Source: Chrysomallon squamiferum
Lineage: Eukaryota > Animalia > Mollusca
DNA length: 64,000 bases
Direction of reading: 5' to 3'
NCBI GenBank assembly: GCA_012295275.1
Contig: CM022672.1
Location: forward strand, 34,286,001-34,350,000
Within the stretch, counting starts at the first letter, position 1, and the number at the start of each line of letters is the position of its first letter. The position numbers and the translations under genes are program-made. The notes below the pieces were generated by a model. The model did no database searches, was not told where the DNA came from, and worked only from the letters and a program-made list of their open reading frames with translations. This document shows, piece by piece, positions 15,870 through 30,989 of this stretch.

Positions 15870-16507
15870 TATTTTCTGTTCTGGTGACTACGCGTTTAGA
15901 CATCCAAAAAAGGAATCATGACTTGGTGATCTGTCACAAATCTACTTTGATAAATAAATAAAATGCGAAAACCGCTTTCGACATATACAGAGATTGATGA
16001 CGTCCGCCATGCTATTCTCGTTTCAGTTTCGCGGCGTTCGTGCTATTTTTAGCACATTTCGGAGTAAAAGAGTCGTGAGGCCCGGAGCTAGGATCTGTTT
16101 AAACTCTTTGATATAGAAATAATCACTGCTGAAATCCTTTTTTTTTTTCTCTTTCTTTTCTTATTTTATTCTTTCAAATCTGTCGTGTGTCTGTCAATGA
16201 TTCATACATAGCTGGGACCAGGTAACGGTGGGGGGGGGTGTGTGTGTGAAAGGTCACGTGACGAGAGAAAACGTTCGTCTGCCAGCTTTTGTTTTGTTCA
16301 GCTCACGACTATTTCACAGCATCTGCCCGTGGGGTGGGGTTTTAGATGGGAGACGGGTTTTTTTTCGAATTTTTGTCCTGTGTTATGATATTTATTTGAC
16401 TCTTTTAATTTGTCCAATCTCCAGTAGGTATATTCAGTTATGTAGATTTAATTAGTTAATTGTTCTTTCTTCACTATTTTTGAATTTTAGATAAAGATAG
16501 GTTTGTT

Positions 16508-16546
<39 letters not shown>

Positions 16547-17126
16547 TAGATAGATAGATAGGTAGGTAGGTAGGTAGGTAGGTAGATAGATCGATAGCTA
16601 GCTAGATAGATAGATACAGAGAAAGAGCAAGAAACAGATAGACAAATAAATTTGAAGATACACAGAGATACAGACAGGTAAACAAACTAATCACAAATTT
16701 CACATATAATCATTTATTTGTAAGAGTTTCTCTGTAAACTATCTGTTGTTATGCATCTTTCACACACACACTAAAATAAAGCAAAATATTTGCATGCACA
16801 ATCACAGTGCATAATGCAGGTGATAAAAATGCGTCTTGACTGAAGTGAGAGCATTAAGTTCAAATCCCCGACAGTGCAGATTAAACAGTAATAAAAAATA
16901 TGTTTATATATGTTTTTATGGTTGATGAAAAATTGCTCTCCGTGATTTGACAAGAACATGAAAAAGTAAGTTTTAATCTGAGACCGCAGAGAAAAACAAA
17001 GCAACTGAATAGGGCAGGAAAAAAATGTGAAAAAGAAAAGAAAAACGAAATAAAAAAAAAAAAAAAAAAAGAAGACATATCTACAGTCATGATCCAGCGT
17101 ATATAATAATAATAATAATAATAATA

Positions 17127-17161
<35 letters not shown>

Positions 17162-17661
17162 GACGTCACAGCCAATGAGAAGCACCTTACACATGACCCC
17201 CCACTCCTCCAGTACAAGATTACATCATCGCAGAAATATCTCAACGCTTTAAGCGAGGTAATGAATATAACCAGTATCTGGTTGTGTCTGGGGGTTTGTG
17301 TGTGTGTCTGTCTGAGCGTGTGTGCGTGTGTGCATTTATGTGTTTGTGTGCGTGTGTGCATGTATGTGTTTGTGTGTGTGTGTGTGTTGCTTCTAACTGG
17401 AAAGCGTAGCCCAAAAATAACAACAGCAAAATGTGATTGTAACGTAAATAAAATGTGTTGTGCATGTCGTAAATAAAATAGCTATTTCCGTCTTTCATTC
17501 ACTGATCTGATCTTTTTTTATGGTAGGTAATTTACTTATTAAGATGTAGTAACAATTTATTTAATCTGCGAGTGTTTTGTTTTTTAAATATTATAATTTA
17601 GTTCACACGCACACACACAAACACACGTGTAAATATTCTCTTAACAAAGAATTGTTAATAT

Positions 17662-17711
<50 letters not shown>

Positions 17712-17736
17712 TTATTATTATTATTATTATTATTTC

Positions 17737-17816
<80 letters not shown>

Positions 17817-18804
17817 TTGTTATTGTTATTATTATTAGCAGTAGTAATAGTATTTTCATTATTATATCAGCAATGAAAGAGTTTATCAGGAACTGTAAAT
17901 TTTGTTTGACAGATACAAAATATCCAGAAAAAAAATAAAATAAAATAAAATAAATAAACAAAGAAATGAAAAAAAAAAAGTAACCAATCGTTCTTAGAAA
18001 GCCTTTTCCTTTTCATTACGTTTTATCATTTATTTCATTTCTCTATCACACTTCATACATTTATTTTTGCTCGGATTTTTGTTTCTTTCTTTCGTTCTGT
18101 CTTTCTGCTGTGCTGTTTACGTTCATAAAAGTGCAGGTAAAAAAATCTCTGCTATGCAAAAGGAAACACAACAGTTCCATTGTCTCGGGTGACACACAGG
18201 TGAGTTGACAGCTACAGGTATTAATACAATTAGTGAAACAAACGAGGAAATATTGTTTAATGTCCTTGTTTACACAGATCGTGAGTGTCATTGTAAAGTA
18301 TAATGAGGAAAAAAATAAAGAGGAAAAAAGGAAAAAGGAAAAAAGAAAAGAAAAAAGGAAATGCACTCGTTTGTTTGTTTATATTTTTTTTTTTTTTTGT
18401 TTATTTACTTGTTTGTTTGTTTGTAAATAATAATAAGAAAAGAAAAAAGGAAATGTACTCGTTTGTTTATTTTTTTTTTGTGTTTGTTTATTTATTTACT
18501 TGTTTGTTTGTTTGTAAATAATAATAATAATAATAATAATAAGAAGAAGAAGAAGAAGAATGATAATAATAATGATAATGATAATAATAATAATAATTAT
18601 AATGATAATAATACTCACGATAATAAAAACAAGAAGAAGAAAAAGAGATGATGATGATAATGATATGAAGAAAAACACGAAGAAGAAGAAAAAGAAGAAA
18701 CAAATGATAAAAGTTTTTAGCTTCATATTTGATATTTTTTCTTCTTTCTGCATCATTACTTCTCCTCCGAATTTCTTTTTAGGTTATTTCCTGTTTTCGC
18801 TTTC

Positions 18805-18845
<41 letters not shown>

Positions 18846-18868
18846 GCTGTTAGAATTTTATTATTATA

Positions 18869-18915
<47 letters not shown>

Positions 18916-19663
18916 CACTTACAACTACCTTATTCACATAAAATCTCAATTCTGAATTTGTAAAAAAAAAGAAAGAAGACATTAATCCCAAAATTATATA
19001 CTAATAATTTATACTAATTGGTTATGCTAGTTACTCATTCTTTTATCTTTTGTTAACGACCTTCCCAGGAACAACCTGTCTATCACGTGACCTTCGACTG
19101 GTCATATTTTATGGTCATTACAATTCCCTTGTAAAGCGTAACGAACGACTGGTGCAAAGTAGCATAGCATTTAAACATGCAATAGCGGCGTAACATTAAT
19201 AGAATAATTAGTTATATAACAGTACATAGTTAGGAGAGACGGGTAGGGGAGTGATGGCGGGTAGGGGGAGTGATGGCGGGCAGGGGGAGGAGGGAGTGTA
19301 TCGTCTGGCAAATTTGTAAAAGAAAATCCATTATGGCTGTAGATTTAGAAATAAAAAAAATTGTTTGAAAAGAATAATGATAATAATAAGAAGAAGAAGA
19401 AGAAGAAGAAGAAGAATGAGAAGAAGAAAAAGAAGAAAAAGAAGTAGGTAACAAGATAAACAACATATAAAATAACAAAGAACAATAACAATAATAATAA
19501 TATGAAGAAAAAAAACAACTAACAAGAACAAGAAAAAGAACAGCAAGAAGAAAATAACAACAAACACAGGAAAAATAAAGAACAACAACGAAATAATAAC
19601 AAAATTAAATACATAATAATAATAAGGAGAAGAAGACGAAGAAGAAGAAGGAGAAAAAGAAAA

Positions 19664-19730
<67 letters not shown>

Positions 19731-20227
19731 TAACAACAATGTTACAAACCATTACACAGAAAAACCTGAAAATTATTTTATTTCAAACGTAAACTCTTTA
19801 CCGCCAATCCTGAAAATAAAAGACATACAACGTCATCGACAGACCACGACGACATTATTTCCTGCACACTACTACTACGACCGCTCCTCTCCCTCCACAA
19901 CTGCTGCAGCACATAAACAGTAATTTGCACCCAAATAAAAATTATGTAAATTTCGCTTTGTTGTAAGCGACTCCAGTTTGCCAGTCCCTAAGCGACCCGA
20001 CCCGGGGCAGATTCCGTACATGCTTGGCTCTTTCTGGTTTCGAGCAGGATAAATCAAACACTCAAAGAGTGAAAACTCTGGAGATTGTCAGTCTCTGGGG
20101 TCGAATCTGTGCAGCGATAAAAATCGAGGTTGACGCGTCAAGGATAAAATAGTTTTATTTGATAAATGGACATTTGTAAATCATTAAGTAATCACGGAAT
20201 AAATTGTTTTAACAGATAAAGAGTGGG

Positions 20228-20304
<77 letters not shown>

Positions 20305-20666
20305 TATTTTTTTTTTCGGTCTGCGTCTTTCTGTATTGCTAGTATGTTTTATACCAGGTTTATCACAACGCGCAATCCAGAACAATGTATTTATATATAT
20401 TCGGTTTGTTGTGAATATTTTATCGGTTTTATCTATTTCAAAATATGTAGATTTCTTTATTTTAAAGCATTATTGTACAGGTCTGTGTTTTGTATGTATG
20501 AGTTTGTGCATATACGTGTGTGTGTGTGTGTGTGTGTATACATGCATATTATATTGCATGCATGTATTTATGCGAAAGATTGTGTTCTGTGTGTATTTTT
20601 GTGTGTATCATTGTGTATGAATGAATACAGAGAGAGCGAGAGAAAACATCTGTACGTGCGTGTGTG

Positions 20667-20697
<31 letters not shown>

Positions 20698-21570
20698 TTT
20701 TGTTTATTTGTTTGTTTATAGTTCTGGATATATTTAATATATTTAATCAAATACGAAAAATTATATATAAAAAATAATTAAGAAAGATAAATAAATAAGT
20801 ACAAGAAAATAAGTAAACATTTCGGGTTGATGTTAAACGATAGAATTACTCGTTCATAATTGATAAGTTAGTTTTGTTCCATATCATCATATCTTATTTC
20901 TATAAGCACTGTCGTCTGCTTGATTAATTCTAAATTCATTCGAATCGTCCATGCGTCGTTTATCAACGCCAGTTCTAAACATAATTCAGTGTAAATAATT
21001 TCTCGCATGAATATTCATCAACGCTTATATTACGTCGCGTATCTTTCGTTTGATATGAAATACCCTGTTAAGATTTTTTTTGCTTCATTTGTAGATTAGA
21101 GAACAATGCTGTGACGTCACGTTAAAGTAGGTTAAAGGATGGATGATTTGTTTTACTTCATAATGCATTGATTTGTGTTTGATTTGATTTAAAATTCGCG
21201 CGTGACTTTAGCAGAAAGAATGGCTGATTTGTATAACTGAAACGGAGGTCTAGAAAGTATCATTTAACAGAACACGTGACTCCGTTACGTTATCACGTCG
21301 CGGTTAATTATTTAAAACTGCAAATTAATTTTCGCTATTCATTCATTTTAAATTGTAAATTAGTTTTATGTTAATATTCGGTTTTGTTTCCAGACCGATT
21401 GTTTTGGCGCGTGTTTATTTTTGGCGAATGTTATTAATTCATTTATTTATTTATTTGATAATTAATCTAAGAGAAATTTTACTTTAAAATAATATATTTT
21501 TAATTTTTTCTTTTTTATTTGCTTTTTATGAATGGTGACATGAACATCTGAAAACCAAAATACAAACACC

Positions 21571-21666
<96 letters not shown>

Positions 21667-24100
21667 ATAAATAAGAGGCATATATGCAGACAGACACATG
21701 CACAGAACACAAACACGCCGATCTACATACATATATACACAGATACATAACATGCACATATAGATGTAGAAGTGATAAAAAAAAGAAAAAAGAAAAAAAA
21801 AGAAGCAAATTCTTCTATTTCCGAATAAATGTTTTTAAATGAGTGAAAATATATATTGATTATACTTAGCAGTTCAGATCTGCTTCATTTTCAGCAAGAT
21901 TGAAGAGGAACTAATAATAATAATAATAATAATAGTTATAGTAGTAGTAGCAGTAGTAGTAGTATTGTTGTTGTGGCTGTTGTTTTTGTAATGATGATGA
22001 TGATGATGACGATGATGATTATGATGATGATAAAACAATAACAACAAAAGCAGTAGCAACAACAACATCGCAGTGAACAGTTACAACATCAGTAACAAAT
22101 TCCGTTCTCACATTAAGGATAAATTTAGTCCATCGCAAGCAAATAATAAAAACAACAACAACAACAACAACAACAAACAATAAAAATAATAATACTACTA
22201 CTACTACTACTACTACTACTAATAATAATAATAATAATAATAATAAACAATACTACTATTACTACTACTACTACTAATAATAATAATAATAAAACAATAA
22301 TAATAATAATAAATTAAAAAGTTGTTACATATCTCGTTAATAATTATTCGATGTCATGAAATAGTTACATGTGTATAATGACAGAAAGATGAAATAAAGC
22401 TTTTACCCAGGAAAATTCTTTATTGCAAGAAAGATACAAGCTTCCTCTAATCCGTATACTGATTTTATTATCACACGCACACGCACTTACAAATTCGTAC
22501 TCAGTAGACACATATACACATACGTCCATTCTAAATACATAACTATAGACTACATATGCATACAGACATACACACTTAAATAAATACATACGTACGTAGA
22601 CATGACAGTACATACCAGTGACTTTGATAAGAAACAGAACTCCAAGTAGGAAGCTATAGCTAAAACAAGACACAAACACGTTTTCTAAATCAGATGTGTT
22701 TGACAAAACAAGCATAAGAAGAAATTAATACAGTTAGAACGGGAAAAGCAAACATTATGTGTAGGAGTAACCGATGACGTAATATGCATCGCGTAACACC
22801 TCTCAGTACATTTCATGTAATCAAAAACATCGTGAATGAGAGAGTAAAATAAATATTCCTTCTTCCTTCCTTCCTTCTTTCTTTCTTTCATTTAAAAAAA
22901 TATATATTTAGTCGTTATAACAAATAAATTCATCAGCTGATTCATTTATATAATTTTTCTTATTATTCTTAAACACTTTCATTTTATTCATTCATTGATA
23001 AATTCTCGCACTAATTCATTCATTCTGTTATCCATCCATCCATCCATCCATCCATCCATTCATTCATTCACTTGTCCATCTATCCATCCATCCATCCATT
23101 CATTCATTTATTTATCCCAATCCACAGTCATTCTTTTAATTCGTTCAGTTTGGCAACGTTCGTTCATTCTTATGGGATTAATAATGACTGCAATAACACG
23201 TTCAACTAACGTATTAGTTTATTCTGTAATAAATACAATTCTTTGTAGCTTGTCTCTCAGATGATTCGGCTCATTTATTTCTCATATTTCTCAGGTTTCA
23301 TTGTTTTGAACAAACTAACGTTTGTATGTGCCAGTATATATATATATATATATATACTTCCTTGGCATGTAAACAAACAAATACGTAAAACAAACATAGA
23401 AATATACAAACAAACAAATTAATCAATAAATGTATCTCTGTATAAAATAATATGAAATAAAATAGAATAAAATAGAATAGAATAAAATAGAATAAAATGA
23501 ATAAAAATAACTAAATAACTAAATAAATATAATTATAAATAATAATAAATAAATAGATATATAACAATAATTTTCCTATTTTAAAACAAATATTATATTT
23601 ATTTACATACACTCATCCTTTCCGACATACACGCACAAGTGCCCGTACTGAACACACACACACGCCTGTCTCTAAATACAAAAACATTCGCAAAGTATGA
23701 AGATACAAAACACGCTAACACACCCTGGTTTCGTTAATCCATCTAAACTTCACTTAGAGATAATTTTACTAATATCGTGTATCAGAAATATTTCTGCATA
23801 ACGTTTTGTCTTAGTTTTTAAATATCTGTCTCACTTAGGTACATATGTATGTGTGAGATATATATATATATATATGTGCGTATGTGTGTGTCATTGTGTG
23901 CGTCTGTCTGTCTGTCTCCATATATCTATCTCTCTACCAACGATATATGTATGTGTGTGTGTGTGTGTGTGTGTGTTGAGAGATTTATGGATACACACGT
24001 ATCTGTGTATGTATGTGCATGTCTATGTATGTTTGTGTGTCTGTTTTGTGTAAATGTAAAAGTTTAGTATGTATGTATCGCTTTATATGTGAGTGTATTT

Positions 24101-24138
<38 letters not shown>

Positions 24139-24652
24139 ATAATTTTAATTATCTTGTGAGCGTGTTTGCGTGAATATACATTTTTTTAAAAGTCAGTATT
24201 ATATTTATTTCTTTTCTTTTATCTCTATGTGACATCTATCTGTAAACTTTTCTTCGTGATTTCAGGCAACAAACCAATGTTAAAACAATAACACGAAAGA
24301 AAACAAAACAAAAACAAAACAAAACAAACCCAACGAAACGGCTCGGTTCTCGTTTATCGCTTGTCGCGTTTTGTACGGCGTTCACCGATTCGCCGGAATT
24401 CTTGATATTTACGTTAAAAAACGACAAACCCCACTAATAATAATAACATCAATGAAGTTAGACAATGCCATGCATCAGTTGTTACCAGCCGTGGGCACCA
24501 GATGGCGTTACTTTAATATTTAAAATCTCTTGCCGTCTGGAGCGGCCATCGAGCAGACGTCACCAATCTCGGCGCGTGCAGTGCTCGCCGATGACGGGCG
24601 AATAAAACGGGTTGTAGCGAAGTCGAGTTTCAGTCATCCCGAGCAGTTCGTT

Positions 24653-24758
24653 ATGCCGAGGTCGTTTATGATTAAAAAATCGCGTCCACGTTGGAGAGGA
24701 ATTCCAGCTACAGCTTCGACGAAGACGTCGTCTGTTGTGTCAAGCCGGGTAGATAAAG
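24653..24758 (+). CDS. GFI1: Gfi-1/senseless coding exon 1 (SNAG domain)
   Basis: ATG at 24653 gives [14 protein letters not shown]...; donor AAG|GTTAGA, phase 1. Confidence 0.88.
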
Positions 24759-25072
24759 GTTAGATTTGTTTATTTATTTATTTATTTATTATTATTGTTG
24801 TTAGTATTATTATTAGTTAATGATTTTGATTTGATTTGATTTTTATTTTATTTCTATTTGTATTTTTATTTTATTTTATTTTATTTTTATTTTTATTTGT
24901 TATTTATATTTTTATTTTATTTTATTTTTATTTTATTTATTTATTTATTTATTTATTCTTTCACTCATTCATTAATTATTATTTTATTCTTAATTTATTT
25001 TTATTTTATTTATTTATTTGTTATTTATATTTTATTTTATTTTCTATTCACTTAGTTCATTCTGTTAATTAA

Positions 25073-25103
<31 letters not shown>

Positions 25104-25740
25104 ATTTATTCAGTAACTAATACTACTTTTACTACTGTTAGTAATATTTTTACTATTACAGTTATTTGTACTATTTCCACTATTACTACTATTTTTACTG
25201 TTTCTACTATTACTACTACAGTTACTGATGTTGCTGCTTCAACTAATACTATACTAATACTATACTAATACTAGTACTAACTAATAATTTAATCTCCTTT
25301 ATATTATTATTACTGCTCTGTTTTGTTATTATTATTATAATTATTATTATTATTATTATGATTCCTGTTTTAAATAAAATTTTATAAAATATAATTTAAG
25401 TAAAATTTGTTATAAAAATTATAGTAACTGAAAAAATAAATTAATCTGTAGGAGAAGAGATAATCCCATTTATAAAATAAAACCAAATAAATAAATGAAA
25501 CGACAATGAAAGAGTCAAAACTAACATTAAGAATTAAATTTAAAAATATAAATAATAATAAAATCTTAATATATAATAAAAAGGAATCGACTGATTTAAA
25601 CTTAATATAAATAAATAAATAAATAAATAAAATAAAATAAAATGAATGTCATACATAAAGCAATAACCAAAAAGAATGTACTTAGAAAAGATGGAAATGT
25701 TTTTGCTCATAATGCATATATATCATCTCTTCTTCTTCTT

Positions 25741-25773
<33 letters not shown>

Positions 25774-25881
25774 ATTATTACTATTATTATTATTACTATT
25801 ATTATTATTATTATTATTAACATTATTATTTACTGTTATATTGGATTTATGAAGATGATTATTACTGTATTTTATTATCTT

Positions 25882-25920
<39 letters not shown>

Positions 25921-25954
25921 CAAATAAATAAATAAAAAGAATACTGCTATTAGC

Positions 25955-26001
<47 letters not shown>

Positions 26002-26928
26002 ATGCAATATAGAAGTAGTAATAATAAGATAATACAGATATAACTGTGTTAGATATAAAATCTGGTTTATCAATGAAATACATCCGTCAAATCATTCATA
26101 GCGCAGATAAAGTGACAAGTAAGAAAAAGAAATCTACACCTGAGATTTCTGAAACAATCTGACCTACAAAACAAAACAAACAAAAAAACAAACAAACAAA
26201 CAGAGAAGCAAATTGAATCACAGATGTTACGAGAAGAAAAAAAAAAAAAAAAGATTAAAAATTAAAAATCAATGAACGAAACAGCATGTGCTTTCATCTT
26301 CTAAACGTGCAAGCACGCCTGTCGTGGACGGGTTATTGGCACACGCGTGTAACAGGTGCGAGGCAATTAGCTGTCTCGATACACCTTGTGTGTACAGGTG
26401 TACATGCATATCATTATTGCACCTTGTCGCTTGCCTGCGCTGAACACACCCCTCGGTCAAAGTGAACTGAGCCAGAAGTAACGCGTTCACTTTTGTTTGT
26501 GTCGAGCACAGATTTCTACCTGTTAATTTCCGTTCTAATAACTGCCCGGGACCCTGTTATTTGCGGTGTGGGCAACATCTGGGTACAAAACCGTGGATTA
26601 AGGTTTCTTTTTCTTTTCATTTTTTTGTTTTGTTACGTTATAATCTACCTGTAATGTTAGTCGCTATCACAGCTGTACTACGGCACTCCGATAAAAAAAA
26701 AAGGAAAGAAAAAGAAAGAAGATAATTGATATGACTGACTGTTCCTCGATGTCCTTTTTCGTTATTCTTTGATCGGTGGGCGTGGTTAGCGAAATTGGCC
26801 ACGCCCAGCATTGTCGGGATTAGAGAAGCCAGAAGATTGATAGATTTATGTACGCACGCTCGTTTGACGTCAAAGCAGTTATAGGTTCAATCCTGATTAG
26901 AGGGTCCGATTTATTGTTGTTGTTGTTG

Positions 26929-26960
<32 letters not shown>

Positions 26961-27397
26961 TTTGTTATTGTTATTATAATTATTATGATAATGATAGTGA
27001 TGGTGATACTACTAGTTCTATTATTATTATTATTATGATTATTATGATTATTATTATTATTACTGTTACTGCCACTACTACTACAACTATGTTAATGTGA
27101 TAATGACGTATGATGATGATGATGATAAATTAGTCATATTATTATTATTTATTATGATGATGATGGTGACGATATAACTAAGTCTGTTATTATTATTATT
27201 ATCATATCGTTGTTGTTGTTGTTGTCGTCATCATCACCACCAATCATTATATTTTTAATGTCAGGTTTTTTTTTTTTTTTGTATTAATTAATACCGAAGT
27301 CTTTTCGAAGTATAAGTAATTAAATAGACATAATGTTGATAACTAGCTTAATCATATTTGATTAAGCATAAACAAGAAGATAGATAGATAGCTAGGT

Positions 27398-27480
<83 letters not shown>

Positions 27481-28682
27481 ACAAACAAGCAAACAAATAA
27501 AGAAAGAAAGAACAAAAGATAATGTTAAAAACAGTTAAAAATAAAATAATATAAAATAAAATGAAATAAACAGTAAAATAATGAAATTAACAAAGTTAAG
27601 AACAGAAACTGACCGAGATGAATAGTCACGCACTATAATTAGTGAAAATTAGGAGTACACACGCACATACGCACATCTGTCATTCATCCTTTTGTTCTGC
27701 CTTTTCATTCTCTCTCTCTCAGCAACAGTAACAGAATATCATTGTAACAGTTGTAGCAGTAGCAGATACGATAGTAGTTGCAGTGGTAGTGGTTGTGATG
27801 GCGTAGTAGCAGTAATAGTAGTAGTAGTAGAAGTAATAATATAGTAGTTGTAGTAGCAGTTGTAACAGTAGTAAAAGCGATAGTAGTTGCACTGATAGTA
27901 GTTGCTGTAGTTATAGCAGCAGTGTAACAATGGTACTAGTAGTAAGTGATAGTAGTAAAAATAGTACAATAGTAGTAGATAGCAGTAGGAATGGCTGCAA
28001 TAGTAGTAGTAGTAGTAGTAGTAGTAGTAGAAGTAATAATAATGGTAGTAGTAACAGTAGTTGTGGTGTTAGTAGTAGTAGTAGAAGTAGTAGAAGTAAT
28101 AAAAAATAGTGCAGTAGTAGTAGTAGTAGTAGTAGTATTTATAGTAGTAGTAAGGAATGGTAGCAATAGTTGGTGTTAGTAGTAGTAGTAGTATTATTTA
28201 TTGAAGTAGTAGAGTAATAATAATAATAGTAGTAGTAGTAACAGTAGTGGTGTAGTAGTAGTAGTAGTATTTATTGAATTTATTAGTAGTAACAGTAGTA
28301 GTTAGTAAGTAATTTAACAGTAGTAGAAGTAATAATAATAGTAGAAGTATAAGTAGTAGCAGTATTATTAGTATTAGTAGCACTGTTAGTATTTGGACAC
28401 GGTGCTTTACAACACTAAACGCAGCTATCTACTGATTTATGTAATATAATCAGAGTTTCGAGTTTAGTAACAGTTTGTTTTACTTTCGCTTTGACTTAGG
28501 AACCAGTGACGTGAAACCAGTGAACCAGTCTGAGGAACCAGGCAAAGAGATCTCGTCAAGATATGGCTTTGGTTGTGACCTTGAGGCGTCCTTGGCAAAC
28601 TACTTCAGCAGGTCAAAGCAAGCCTGTCGTGCCTCGCACATGGATCAAACACCTTTCAGACATAGTGAGACTGGTAGGTTTT

Positions 28683-28747
<65 letters not shown>

Positions 28748-29277
28748 TCTGTAATCATAATGTCTATAATAGTAGTACAACAGCGATAATATTGATAACA
28801 TTATCAACAACAACAACAACAATAACAATAAAAATAGTAATAATGCCAATAATCATAAAGACAATAACAGTAGCGACAACAACGATAATATTGACGACAA
28901 TAATAATAATAAGAAGAAGAATAATAAGAATAACCCTGACCATGATAAAATTTAAATGTTTGTAACTGGAATGGTAACATTCGTAGTAACACAACAACCA
29001 GACGTATTTGTTGAAGTAACAGTACTAATTATAACGAAGTCATAAATAATAAGCAGAGCGCTTGCAACAACGACAACAACGACAATAACAACAACATTTT
29101 ATCACAACTATGGAGACAGAGCAAAATAAAAAGCAAAAAACAAAACAAAGATAACTAAATAAATAAATTTAAAAAAAACTTATTTGTTTTATTAATTAAA
29201 AACGAAGAAGAAAGTGGAAATAAAAAGAAGAATCAAGCTAAAAATAAACATTTTTATTGTTATTGTATTGAGAAAAG

Positions 29278-29331
<54 letters not shown>

Positions 29332-30401
29332 TAAAGTAGTAATGAAAGAAAGAGAAATTAAATGTACTCCGAGTAAAAACCGATTTCTGAAACCATGTTA
29401 CGCCGACTGAAACAGCCAGGCGATAAAAGCTAGAGAGCCGAGGAACCAGTCTCTGGAGAATGGCGACACGGAATGCGATTAGGCTTCCTCAGTAAATCTC
29501 TCCGCCATTATCTAACGCACCAGCGAGATTTTTTTTACTGATTGTTCGAAATCGCAGTCGCTTTGGATCAATCTTTATAATTCAGAGTTAATGGTCCTCC
29601 ACTTAAAGCTGGCCCTTCATGGCGGCTGCATTATTAAATTAAGAGCCATTGCACAAAATGGCGTCAAAAATTTCCATCCCATGAGGCGTTGCTCTGCAAT
29701 GGAAACCCCGCAGAGAGGCCGGTATCAGTGCGGACGTGGCTATATACTGGAAGCCGTGTTCTTGTTATTGGCACCTCGAGAATGATAAACTAATGCAATC
29801 AGATTTCCCCATTGTACTGTCTTTTGTCCGCTTCGAAATTTGACAGCCCGGCTTAAAAGCATGGCCGCCACCGTTTATATGGCGAAATTCGACATGAATA
29901 ACAAATAAACGTATCGGAGTCTTGCGGCCGACTCTTAAAGCAAAGAAGATATTCCCCCTGGGGGTGAGCGTCACCTTCTCTGGGAGTGTTTGTTTGTGTC
30001 ACCCTCAGTGTTCTCGGTGTAGAAAGAGAAGAGTTCTTGGAGTGGAATAAAAGAGAAAAATCTCCAGATTGATGTATCTGGCTGCTATTGCCGAGTCTGG
30101 CAAATAAAACATTGGCGTGTCCCTGAAGGACGGAACGTACACTAAAAAGTGTAATAACGTAGTTATGACGTTTTGTTGTACGAGAGGATGCTGGGAAACG
30201 ACGACATAAACGTGCACGCAATAAAGTGAAATCACAGCTTTGCCAAAATGTGGAATATCAAAGATGAAAACGGAAGCAGGAAATAAATGTGAAATAAAAT
30301 AAAGTGAAGTAAAATTAAGTAAAATAAAATGAAATGAAATAAAATAAAATAAAATAAAAATAAATAAATAAATAAATATAATGATTCCTTTCTTTCTTCA
30401 T

Positions 30402-30432
<31 letters not shown>

Positions 30433-30927
30433 TTATTATTATTATTTCATCATTATTTTTCAGTATTTCAAATGCAACTGATCTCATATTTTCTGCAATC
30501 GGGGACACAATCAGTTTGTTCATTTAAACGTAAATCTCGTTACATTTTTGTAAAGTACATCTGAGTCAAAGACATGGTTTTTGTTCCATGAAAAACAAAG
30601 AACTCATATCAAGTAACCGCGGAAATCATTTATTTATCGATACAACTCGATAAACACAGATATTTCATTCGAGCGTGGCGGGCAAAAAGCTTGATGCTCA
30701 GAGAAGTGATTGGTGACAACAAACACAGAGTTAGATTCATGACAAGGCTTTGTTGTCTGGCTAAATTATGTGTGATTTACAAACAGGTTTTTGTATTGTA
30801 ATTATATATGTATTTCTTATGAAACTTACGATCTCCGTTACGATCACTATGTTGTTATTATTATGACGATGATGGTGATGATTATAATCCATCATCATCG
30901 TAACCGTCGTCAAAAATCACCATCACG

Positions 30928-30989
<62 letters not shown>

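Noticed and set aside
29591-30235. Short ORFs in Gfi-1 intron 2 as extra exons or a nested gene
   Set aside because: Exons 2 and 3 already join in phase, and none of these ORFs has zinc-finger or other recognisable content.
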